DNA of 32,000 nt from positions 49,479 to 81,478 of the forward strand of contig JAIOPX010000146.1 of the NCBI GenBank assembly GCA_021413705.1, read 5' to 3'. Below, in pieces: positions 17,895 through 26,147 of the stretch. This stretch comes from Planctomycetota bacterium. Lineage in GTDB: Bacteria; Planctomycetota; Planctomycetia; Pirellulales; UBA7805. The stretch's first letter is position 1; each line of letters opens with the position of its first letter. The notes beneath the pieces were generated by a model. The model was given only the letters and a program-made list of their open reading frames with translations, did not search any database and was not told the DNA's origin. A program made the position numbers and the translations under genes.

Positions 17895-19214
17895 ATGTCA
17901 TTAAGCCCACAACGCCGACAGGAAATCATCGACGCCTTGCGCCGCGGGACGGTGCCGCGCGGCAGCCTGGATGCCTTCGCCGTCGGGCTGGATCGCCTGG
18001 AAGGCGCTCTGGACGAAGATCTGCGCAAGGTCGCCGGAGGAGGAAGCGTCTTCAAGGCGGTTCGCGGCGATTACGGCTGCGGCAAGACATTCTTTGCCCG
18101 CTGGTTGTCCGATCGCGCCCGGAAAATGGGCATGGCCACTTCGGAAGTGCAGATTTCCGAAACCGAGACACCCTTGTATCGGCTAGAAACAGTCTACCGC
18201 CGGCTTATGGAGGCCCTCGCCACGGCGGATGCCTCCGGCGGCGCCTTGCGCAACGTGATCGACGGCTGGTTTTTTGCGCTGGAGGAGGACGTGCTGGCCG
18301 AAGGGACCATCGGCCACGACAACCAGCAGCAGTTGATGGCGCGAACCAATGAGTTATTGGAGCAGCGTCTGGCGAAGGTAACCCGCACCGCGCCGACCTT
18401 CAGCGCGGCACTGAGGGGCTATCGTGAGGCCCAGGCCAGCGGGGAACGCGCCACGGCCGAGGGGATACTGGCCTGGCTGGCCGGGCAACCGAACGTGGCT
18501 GCCGCCGCCAAGCGAGTCGCCGGCGTGAAGGGAGACATCGACCACTTTGGGGCCATGAGCTTCCTTCAGGGCGTCCTGACCGTTCTGCGCGATTCAGGAC
18601 ATCCGGGACTGCTCGTCGTCCTGGACGAAGTGGAGACCATTCAGCGAATGCGCAGTGACGCTCGTGACAAAAGCCTTAATGCCCTGCGACAATTGATCGA
18701 CGAGGTCGATGCCGGCCGATTCCCGGGTCTGTTTCTGCTGGTCACCGGGACGCCGGCCTTCTTTGACGGCCCCCAGGGGGTTCAACGGTTAGAGCCCTTG
18801 GCGCAGCGGCTACATGTGGACTTTCAGACCGAGGCTCGGTTTGACAACCCGCGGGCCGTCCAGATTCGCCTGCCCCCCTTCAACTTGGAACGGCTCTGCC
18901 AGGTAGGCGGTAAGGTGCGGGACATCTTTCAGCAACATGCCGAAGCTCCCGATCGGATCGGGGCGCTGTGCGGGGATGATTATGTGCGGGACTTGGCCGG
19001 AGCCGTAGCCGGGAAACTCGGGGGCAAGGTGGGTGTAGCGCCGCGGATCTTCTTGAAAAAACTCGTGGCCGACGTGCTCGATCGGATGGACCAGTTCCCG
19101 GAGTTTGACCCGCGACAGCATTACGCCCTAACGCTTTTGGAGACGGAGCTGACTCCCGTTGAGCGGCAAGCGATGGGGGCCACGGACGTCGATCAGATTG
19201 AGTTGGACCTGTGA
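17895..19214 (+). CDS. brxD: BrxD, BREX-associated P-loop ATPase
   Basis: Walker A is RGDYGCGKTFFARW and Walker B is GLLVVLDEVE. It follows pglZ as in type 2 and type 6 BREX. I prefer the ATG at 17895. An in-frame TTG at 17883 would overlap the pglZ stop. Confidence 0.8.
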   Translation: MSLSPQRRQEIIDALRRGTVPRGSLDAFAVGLDRLEGALDEDLRKVAGGGSVFKAVRGDYGCGKTFFARWLSDRARKMGMATSEVQISETETPLYRLETVYRRLMEALATADASGGALRNVIDGWFFALEEDVLAEGTIGHDNQQQLMARTNELLEQRLAKVTRTAPTFSAALRGYREAQASGERATAEGILAWLAGQPNVAAAAKRVAGVKGDIDHFGAMSFLQGVLTVLRDSGHPGLLVVLDEVETIQRMRSDARDKSLNALRQLIDEVDAGRFPGLFLLVTGTPAFFDGPQGVQRLEPLAQRLHVDFQTEARFDNPRAVQIRLPPFNLERLCQVGGKVRDIFQQHAEAPDRIGALCGDDYVRDLAGAVAGKLGGKVGVAPRIFLKKLVADVLDRMDQFPEFDPRQHYALTLLETELTPVERQAMGATDVDQIELDL

Positions 19215-21331
19215 GCAATTTTGACCAACTGCATCCGGCCCTTCAGCACCATGTCGTCAACAGTCTGGGTTGGCGCGAGCTGCGTCCTTTCCAGGATGCG
19301 GTAATTCCTTCGATTCTGGGGGGCGAACACCTCATCATCCTGGCCCCTACGGCTGGCGGGAAGACGGAGGCTGCCTTCTTTCCGGTACTATCTCGAATGC
19401 TCTCCGAAAGTTGGAGCGGGCTTAGTCTGCTCTATATCTGTCCGATCAAAGCGCTGCTGAATAATCTCGACACCCGCCTCCAGAGATATTGCACGCTCGT
19501 GGGGCGACGTTCCGCATTGTGGCACGGGGACGTGACCAGCACGGAGCGGCGGCATGTGTTGCGGGAGCCACCGGATTGCCTGCTGACCACGCCCGAATCG
19601 CTGGAGGTCATGCTGGTTTCACAGAATGTTGACTACCGCAGCTTGTTTGGTCAGCTCAAGGCGGTGGTCGTCGATGAGATCCATGCTTTTGCAGGCGACG
19701 ATCGGGGCTGGCACCTGCTTTCGGTGCTCTCCCGCATCAATCGGCTTGCCGGTCGAGACATTCAGCGGATCGGTCTCTCGGCGACCGTCGGCAACCCGGA
19801 GATACTCGTCGACTGGCTGGCGGGCACCAGCGCCGGCACACGTCGCGTTTTTCTCCCTCCCGCCGCGCCGGCAGCGGAAGCTGAGGTCACACTGGATTTT
19901 GTTGGCTCGCTCTCCAACGCGGCGCTGGTTATCTCGCGGCTTCATCGTGGCGAGAAGCGGCTGGTGTTCATCGACAGCCGCGCCCGGGCCGAGCAGCTTG
20001 GGGCGGCGCTGCGACAGTTGGATGTGACGACGTTTGTCACCCACAGCTCACTTAGTCAGGACCAGCGCCGTCAGGCGGAAGATGCCTTTGCCAATCGAGA
20101 CGACTGCGTCATTGTGGCAACTAGCGTCCTGGAGCTTGGGGTTGACGTCGGCAATCTCGATCGGGTCATCCAGATCGACAGTCCTTCCACCGTATCGAGC
20201 TTTCTCCAACGGATGGGGAGGACCGGTCGCCGCTCCGGGGCGCTGCGCAACTGCCTGTTCCTGGCAACCAAGGACGAAGCCCTCGTCCAGGCCGCCGGCC
20301 TGATCAACCTATGGGCCGAGGGCTATGTGGAGCCGATCCACCCACCTGCCGAGCCGTACCACGTCCTAGCTCAGCAACTGATGGCACTGAGCCTTCAGGA
20401 ATCGGGGATCGGACGGCACACCTGGTTGGAATGGATCCGGGCGGTGCCAGCATTCGGGCAAATGCCTGCCGACCAGATCGAGAAGGTTGTCCAGTGGATG
20501 CTGGAGCGGGGCCTGCTTTGGGAGGACCAGGGGATTCTCGGGATCGGGCAGCAGGGCGAGGACACCTTTGGGCGGCGGAACTTCATGGAGCTATTCTCCG
20601 TCTTCATGTCGCCGCCGCTGTTTGCGGTCCTCCACGGACGCCAAGAGCTGGGGTTCGTCGATGAAAAGACGTTTCTGTCGAAGCAGGAGGGTCCACGAGT
20701 TCTGCTCCTCGGCGGCCGCGCATGGCAAGTGACGCATATTGACTGGCAACGGAAGGTGGCGCACGTCGAAGAATCCGCAGGCCAGGGTCGCTCTCAGTGG
20801 ATCGGAGCGGAGCCATCACTGGGGTTCCGCCTTTGCCAGGCGATCAAACAAATCCTGGCCGGAGACGCAGTGCAAGAATGCTGGTCGCAACGAGCCCGAG
20901 AGCAGCTGGCGGAGATCCGCGGCCACTGCGCCTGGCTCACGTCGGAGGGCTCGACCGTCGTCGCCAGCCGGGAGAGTGAAACCTTGTGGTGGACGTTTGC
21001 CGGACAAGGCGGCAATGCCAGCCTGGCACCGGCACTTGCCACCGCCTGCCGGGGCCGTGCCACGCCGGACAGCTTTGTAATTCGATTTGGGCAGCGGTTG
21101 TCACATTCCGACGTGGAGCGTGCCATCGCCGAGGTTCGATCAAAGGATCCCGCTGAGCTTTTGCCCGAGGTCGATGAGGAGGCGATTGACGGCCTGAAGT
21201 TTGCGGAGTGCCTGCCAGCAGAACTGACACTGCATGTTTTGCAGCAGCGATTGTGTGACCGCGCGGCGGTGGAGCATGTGGTAGGAAAAACCATCCGGTA
21301 CTGTGGTCCTGAGAGTCAACCCAACTCGTAA
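19211..21331 (+). CDS. brxHI: BrxHI, Lhr-like DEAD/DEAH-box helicase of BREX
   Basis: The GTG start overlaps the brxD TGA (GTGA, 19211-19214). Helicase motif I is ILAPTAGGKTEAAF, motif II is VVVDEIHAF (DEIH), motif III is LSATVGN and motif VI is QRMGRTGRR. A long C-terminal extension is typical of Lhr-like proteins. Confidence 0.85.
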   Translation: MSNFDQLHPALQHHVVNSLGWRELRPFQDAVIPSILGGEHLIILAPTAGGKTEAAFFPVLSRMLSESWSGLSLLYICPIKALLNNLDTRLQRYCTLVGRRSALWHGDVTSTERRHVLREPPDCLLTTPESLEVMLVSQNVDYRSLFGQLKAVVVDEIHAFAGDDRGWHLLSVLSRINRLAGRDIQRIGLSATVGNPEILVDWLAGTSAGTRRVFLPPAAPAAEAEVTLDFVGSLSNAALVISRLHRGEKRLVFIDSRARAEQLGAALRQLDVTTFVTHSSLSQDQRRQAEDAFANRDDCVIVATSVLELGVDVGNLDRVIQIDSPSTVSSFLQRMGRTGRRSGALRNCLFLATKDEALVQAAGLINLWAEGYVEPIHPPAEPYHVLAQQLMALSLQESGIGRHTWLEWIRAVPAFGQMPADQIEKVVQWMLERGLLWEDQGILGIGQQGEDTFGRRNFMELFSVFMSPPLFAVLHGRQELGFVDEKTFLSKQEGPRVLLLGGRAWQVTHIDWQRKVAHVEESAGQGRSQWIGAEPSLGFRLCQAIKQILAGDAVQECWSQRAREQLAEIRGHCAWLTSEGSTVVASRESETLWWTFAGQGGNASLAPALATACRGRATPDSFVIRFGQRLSHSDVERAIAEVRSKDPAELLPEVDEEAIDGLKFAECLPAELTLHVLQQRLCDRAAVEHVVGKTIRYCGPESQPNS

Positions 21332-21498
21332 AATCGGCAGGGTCTACCCGCCCCATCTTTGGCCGTACCTGCCAACCTGGAGTTGATCTGCTCCCACAGC
21401 TATAATTCAACACAGGGCAATGACTTTCAGTGGTCTATTTGTGGCATGTCGTCCGATACAGCCTCACGAGCCAAAGACATTGACCGAAAAGAGGCGCG

Positions 21499-22236
21499 AT
21501 GATGACGTTTACTTGCGAGGAGGATCTGCGCCAGAGTTTCCTGCGACAGGCGGACTCAGCACTATGGTGTCCTTCACCGAAGCCTGGACCGGTTCGGTCC
21601 GCAATAGAATCGACTTGTTCGGATGGACGAGCTGATTGGGTTTGGGCAACTCTGCATTGCGCGCTTTCTAGGTGTCTCGGTCAAGTTACATTCGACTTGA
21701 TGCAGCAACCTACGTGCAGTAGGATCCTCGCTGCTCTCAAAGTTAAACGAAGACAGCCAGAAGACGTACTCTATTCCGCAGCCGGTGTCAGCAGGCGAAC
21801 GTACCGTAAACTTTTGGCAGACCTTCTTAACTCAAAATTGGTGACCATGGACAAGACCGGTTTACTCGGCCTAGGTCCCACCTTTCGGATGCCCGACATC
21901 GAAATCTGTTCTTTTGAGTTTAAGTTGGAGAATTGGCGAAGGGCATTTCAACAGGCTCGGCGATACAGGAGTTTCTCACATCGTGTTTATGTCGTCATGC
22001 CGAGGAGAGGAGTCACTAGAGCGCTCCGGCATGCCGATTCCTTCCGTCGTTTCAACATCGGCTTAATACAGCACGAGTCGGATGGGACATCTGCTAGACG
22101 AATCGCATCCAGAAAGAGAACACCATCGTCTCCCGCACACCATATTCAGGCAATTGGGCTGCTTGGATCTCAACGGACATCAATTCCAGCACGTCGAGCA
22201 AAGTCTGACAAGGCACGACTCCAGCTGGCCAAATGA
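21499..22236 (+). CDS. Putative PD-(D/E)xK (RecB/Cas4-like, ExK…QxxxY) nuclease with an inserted winged-helix domain
   Basis: GAGG lies upstream of a double ATG at 21499/21502. Candidate nuclease core: N-terminal acidic helix EEDLRQSF, GRADWVWA (Asp), ICSFEFKLENW (E-x-K), then QQARRY (QxxxY) 8 residues later. About 95 residues between the Asp and ExK include a MarR-like wHTH (PTCSRILAALKVKRRQPEDVLYSAAGVSRRTYRKLLADLLNSKLV). The basic C-terminal tail overlaps the 3' end of the convergent gene by 67 nt. Confidence 0.55.
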   Translation: MMTFTCEEDLRQSFLRQADSALWCPSPKPGPVRSAIESTCSDGRADWVWATLHCALSRCLGQVTFDLMQQPTCSRILAALKVKRRQPEDVLYSAAGVSRRTYRKLLADLLNSKLVTMDKTGLLGLGPTFRMPDIEICSFEFKLENWRRAFQQARRYRSFSHRVYVVMPRRGVTRALRHADSFRRFNIGLIQHESDGTSARRIASRKRTPSSPAHHIQAIGLLGSQRTSIPARRAKSDKARLQLAK

Positions 22237-23369
22237 TCCTTGCCGGTCGAGCGCTCGAACTCAATTCCATTTCGCTCCAGAATTGTGTAGAGACCTTGCG
22301 CTTCACGTACGCGCCTCAACGTCTCTAGCGTATCTCTCCGAACACGACCCGTGAGCGACTGATCTATAGCGTGCAAGGTCTGCCAATGATGCTGTTGCGA
22401 GATGGCTTGATTCCAGGGTGAGCCTTGCGGACTACGAGCTGAGGTGATGATGCTATCAAGAGCAACGTCCGAAAGGACACTGCGAAGCCGTCCAACATCA
22501 AAGATTTCCTGCATTTCCTGCATCAAGATTGAGTTCAATAGAGGGGCACTAGAGTAGCGATCTCGTGGAGGCTGCCCTCCCGGCTTTTTTTGCAAAAAGT
22601 TTTTCCGGACGAACTGACGAAGACCTTGCGACCATCCGGTAGCGAAGGCAGCCGCTCCGGCAGCACGAAGTGGAATCCCTACGAAGTCGGTATAACCCAC
22701 CACGACGCGGAGTCCATTGACCGTGCCTAGTGCATGCACGAGGTAGAGGTAATTGGCGAGTCGAACCGGGTCAAAGTCTTGTGAATAAACTGGTTCGTGG
22801 CGGGCAGCGACGAGGTAGAAACCTTCCATGGACCAATCGTCCTGCGTGACTGTGTCCAAAAAGCGACCGATCTCATCCTCATCGGTCAATGCTTCTTCCG
22901 CGAATACAAAACTGAGAAGTAATGGAGGCGGGCTCGGCAAGCTGCCGTGATGTTCACGTGCCGCGTCCGCAAGATTTAATGCAATTTGGTACCAACGGTC
23001 TGAAAACGTCCCAAACATCACAGTCGGCGACAGGATTGCCGTCACTGGCAGGCCCGCTTGATAGTCAATCGTATCCCGAGCGATTTGACGAATCCGTCGC
23101 AATGAGAAGTCGCTTGCCGACAAACCACCCTCGAAGAAGTCGTACTCTTCTAGATACCGCATGTTTGCCGGTGTAAACGTCGCAACGTAGAGCTGAGGGT
23201 CGACCAGCAATTCGCAGCCATGATCCTCAGAAAGGGTTTCGAGGCAAGTGCGTAAATTGTCAGGCTTCTCGTTTCGAGGCGCGAATATCACGCCCTCAAT
23301 GCTGCCATCGCTCAGTCCAGTGACAATCTTGTCAGACTTGCCATGCCCGTGTTGCGCGTATACTGCCAT
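22170..23369 (-). CDS. Hypothetical 399-aa protein, operon partner of the stand-alone Ser/Thr kinase
   Basis: Clean ORF whose ATG lies 5 nt after the kinase stop codon on the same strand. The N-terminal half alternates hydrophobic strands and helices (VYAQHGHGKSDKI…IEGVIFAPRNE…ELLVDPQLY…AILSPTVMF…LLLSFVFAEE…GFYLVAARHE…VVVGYTDF), which suggests an alpha/beta, possibly barrel-like, fold. I recognise no catalytic motif. Confidence 0.7.
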   Translation of the reverse strand: MAVYAQHGHGKSDKIVTGLSDGSIEGVIFAPRNEKPDNLRTCLETLSEDHGCELLVDPQLYVATFTPANMRYLEEYDFFEGGLSASDFSLRRIRQIARDTIDYQAGLPVTAILSPTVMFGTFSDRWYQIALNLADAAREHHGSLPSPPPLLLSFVFAEEALTDEDEIGRFLDTVTQDDWSMEGFYLVAARHEPVYSQDFDPVRLANYLYLVHALGTVNGLRVVVGYTDFVGIPLRAAGAAAFATGWSQGLRQFVRKNFLQKKPGGQPPRDRYSSAPLLNSILMQEMQEIFDVGRLRSVLSDVALDSIITSARSPQGSPWNQAISQQHHWQTLHAIDQSLTGRVRRDTLETLRRVREAQGLYTILERNGIEFERSTGKDHLASWSRALSDFARRAGIDVR

Positions 23370-23374
23370 CTTGC

Positions 23375-24307
23375 TTATAGCCCTTGCAGTGCATCTATCA
23401 GCTGATCACACCGTCGATAACGAAGGTGAGGAGATTTTCCAAGCAAACGCAGAATCACATCATTTAATGCCTCAGGAATAGTCGACACCAAACTGTTTGG
23501 CGGGCTAGGCATGTGATTTGTAATTTTTGAGTAGAGCGCCGCAGAATTGTCGCCAGAACTCCAAAATGGATGTTGCCCCGTGACCAGATAATACATGGTT
23601 ACGCCGAGCGCGAACAAATCAGAACGAAAATCCAGTACGGTTCGTCGGTTGGAAAACTCAAACTGCTCCGGTGAGAAATAGGCTGGGGTGCCAACAGGTG
23701 CCGCGCTGATAGACTCGCCGTCGATGTCGAATGCGAGCCCTGCATCCAATAGCACAAAATCACCTGTACTATCTCGACGCATTATATTAGCGGGCTTGAT
23801 GTCACGGTGTATCTTGCCAAGATCCCAAAGTGATTTGATAGCAGAACCAATTTGCCTACCCAATTTTGCCACATCACTGACGCAGAGCGGTCCATTCGCA
23901 CGAAAGAGGTTGCGCAGGTCAGCGCCAGCAACATACTCTTCTGTAAAATACACGAGTTGTTGGTCGTCGACGGTGGCAAAACAAAGGCCAATGGGGCCGA
24001 GTTTAACGACATAGGGTGAATCACAATCGCGCATGGTCTCCACTTCTCTCTTCGCGCGAAGTGCTATATCCGTTGCGGAGAAGTCCTCTACCTCGGCAAA
24101 CTCACTAGTCGGCACCTTAGCGAACTTGAGTGCGTACTGTTGGTCGTCAATAGTTGTACGAAATACAAGTTTTTGACCGCCGCTTCCCACCTGCTCGGTT
24201 GCGCGAGCCTGCGGGACCAGTCGGGCAATCTGTTCGGGTGTCAAACTGGGTAGATCCGCCATTGCATGGCCTGTGCTATCTTGGAGTGGACGGCGCCAAA
24301 TGCGCAT
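23375..24307 (-). CDS. Stand-alone Hanks-type Ser/Thr protein kinase (about 295-310 aa, no accessory domain)
   Basis: Glycine loop VGSGGQKLVF, lysine in YALKFAKV, catalytic loop HRDIKPANIM, DAG (a DFG variant), GTPAYFSPEQ, DLFALGVTMYYLVTG. The start is either ATG 24307 or ATG 24262 (MADLPSL…). Confidence 0.85.
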   Translation of the reverse strand: MRIWRRPLQDSTGHAMADLPSLTPEQIARLVPQARATEQVGSGGQKLVFRTTIDDQQYALKFAKVPTSEFAEVEDFSATDIALRAKREVETMRDCDSPYVVKLGPIGLCFATVDDQQLVYFTEEYVAGADLRNLFRANGPLCVSDVAKLGRQIGSAIKSLWDLGKIHRDIKPANIMRRDSTGDFVLLDAGLAFDIDGESISAAPVGTPAYFSPEQFEFSNRRTVLDFRSDLFALGVTMYYLVTGQHPFWSSGDNSAALYSKITNHMPSPPNSLVSTIPEALNDVILRLLGKSPHLRYRRCDQLIDALQGL

Positions 24308-24736
24308 TTCCTATCGTCGTTAACGTAAAATCCATCTACCTATTGGGACCAGAGCCGACGCCCTGCATGCACCATCGCAGCGCAATCAGGGTGTTATCAT
24401 ATCAAAAGTGGTTCGGTGCGAATACCGCAGACAGGCCGTACCCGTCAGATTATCCGCTCAAGCAGGCTGAGATCCTAACCCAACACGGCTGCCCGACGGA
24501 CGTTGTCTGCCCATTAAGGCGAACGTGGAATACCTCACGGACTGGCAACTACGCGGTGTGATCACCGCGTCCGAGCATGCGCCGATAGTCCCGCGAATAT
24601 CCATTCGGACTACCTCTTTGTGAGGTTAACCTGTCGATTGAAAATGAAAAGGCAGGACTGTTTCGGATGTATAAATATTCAGCGGAAAGAGTGGGGCGAG
24701 CTGTGATCCAGAAAATAAACCCGGCGGCAGAACATC

Positions 24737-25552
24737 CTAGAATAATTGATTAAACTCGTGGATGATTTTGCTGACCACGGCCGCGATCTTGTCAAACGTC
24801 TGGATTGCCGGACGATCCCCGTCAATAGCTACGTAAGGGGTTACGTGTCCTGCAACGTCCATATTCGTCTCGACAGAGCCGGCTGGCAGTTTGGCTCGCA
24901 TGACTTCTACGCCGAGTTCCGCGCGTGGCCTGGACATGGAGCCAACCCTAGCGAATTGCTGGCAATTTCCCATGATCAGAAACTGGATCAGGTCGATTCC
25001 TTCGTGACACGTGACGGACGTTGGTATCGACAGACTAATCGGCAGGCGGTGCTTGTCCGTGCTTGCGAGGTCGCGAAGCATGGTAAGCGGGTGGAAGTAG
25101 GTGCCGACGGCAAGGTCTTCGTCAATTCGGTGGTATCCCTGATACCGCTCAATAATTGTCACATGATCCGGCGAAACTTCCCGCAGGTATCGTTTTTGGA
25201 GATCTCGAAATCGTTCGGCGTCGTCTGCAATGGGAAAGTCAATGCTAATAGGTTTCTTAATAGCACCGCCAGTGTTCAGTGAAGCAAGCTGATAAACCAA
25301 CTGGTTGAGCGCACTGATGAGGTTATGCATCATGTCGCCGACTATAATCTGACATCGCGGAAGAAAATCGCCTAGATCCGGCATGAAATTAATAAACATG
25401 ACATATTCGCCGGAATCCGAGTCGAACTTCATCCCGAGACGTGGGAGATTGTCCTGAATCTCGAAGGTATCGAGGACGAAATGCTGTAAAGAATCTCGGT
25501 GCTCTTTAGCCCGCTCAATCTTCAGCCAGCAGTTGTCTAGCGATGGTTGCAC
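24737..25552 (-). CDS. Hypothetical 271-aa protein (orphan), A/T-rich
   Basis: The track ORF runs to 25783, but its first 77 codons are Cys/Gly/Arg-rich junk-like sequence (MWGSGVTSCYYGRGFDPRPFCC…). An in-frame GTG at 25552 is preceded by GAGG with a 6-nt spacer and gives MQPSLDNCWLKIERAKEHRDSLQHF…. There is no in-frame ATG between 25783 and codon 110. Motifs noted: IIVGDMMHNLISALNQLVYQL and LASTDKHRLP. No family assigned. Confidence 0.6.
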   Translation of the reverse strand: MQPSLDNCWLKIERAKEHRDSLQHFVLDTFEIQDNLPRLGMKFDSDSGEYVMFINFMPDLGDFLPRCQIIVGDMMHNLISALNQLVYQLASLNTGGAIKKPISIDFPIADDAERFRDLQKRYLREVSPDHVTIIERYQGYHRIDEDLAVGTYFHPLTMLRDLASTDKHRLPISLSIPTSVTCHEGIDLIQFLIMGNCQQFARVGSMSRPRAELGVEVMRAKLPAGSVETNMDVAGHVTPYVAIDGDRPAIQTFDKIAAVVSKIIHEFNQLF

Positions 25553-26142
25553 TGGAAACCTCACAATGGAAAAGCGGTCGTATTGCCTATGCGAAAGTGT
25601 TGCCTGCCGGCCGGATGCCCGCGCCCCCCCGTTCCGGCTGCCGTTACTCTCGATCGTCCTGTCTGACTGTGAAAACAGCAGAAAGCAAAAATAAATCTTT
25701 GCCCCCCAATGAGGAGGGCAGCAAAATGGTCTTGGATCAAAACCTCTTCCGTAGTAACAACTTGTGACGCCACTCCCCCACACGCTATCCGCTGTGGGAG
25801 GAAATTGGAAGCGGCCGAGGCCAAATGGCCGCGCCAGCAGTTGACGATCCTGATTGCATCGAATAACTTTCGATCGGCAACACTGAAGACGATGGTCGAC
25901 ACCAGGCTACGCCTCGTAGCCAGCGCTTAGTATGAGCGCCTTCTTTACGGCCGGGCTGGCCGCCGCCGACCATTGCTTATTGCCGGCGAGCCAAATAGGT
26001 CGCCGCTCCCAGGATGGGTTCCACTTTGCTTTCACCGGCACGGTGCCCGTGTCGCAGTTTTTCACCCAGTTTTACTGATTGAGAGCGGTACCGTCCTGGA
26101 CTTCACATCGCATTGGTGTACAGGATTACTGCCAATCAGCAA

Positions 26143-26147
26143 AGGAG
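26143..26147 (+). promoter_or_regulatory. Shine-Dalgarno (AGGAG) for the DUF5131 gene
   Basis: AGGAG lies 7 nt upstream of the ATG at 26155. Confidence 0.5.

Noticed and set aside
21401-21406. Perfect TATAAT hexamer about 90 nt upstream of the nuclease ORF, with TTGATC nearby.
   Set aside because: The spacing between TTGATC and TATAAT is only 12 nt, and the hexamer at the correct 17-nt spacing (TGGAGT) is poor. Promoter consensus for this unidentified host is unknown.
22585-22591. T7 run (A7 on the coding strand, LQKKPGG) inside the 399-aa ORF, within a near-palindrome ctttttttgcaaaaag.
   Set aside because: It is short, it encodes a plausible Lys-Lys, and a single 7-nt run is not evidence of programmed frameshifting or phase variation.
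24552-24569. 7-bp stem / 4-nt loop inverted repeat cgcggtg-tgat-caccgcg in the gap between the 271-aa ORF and the kinase gene.
   Set aside because: No U-tract follows it on either strand, and it lies about 170 nt from the upstream stop. It is too weak to call a terminator or operator.
25553-25783. N-terminal 77 codons of the 348-aa track ORF 24737-25783.
   Set aside because: The translation is Cys/Gly/Arg-rich and not protein-like (MWGSGVTSCYYGRGFDPRPFCCPP…). An internal GTG preceded by GAGG gives a sensible N-terminus. This remains uncertain because there is no in-frame ATG nearby.
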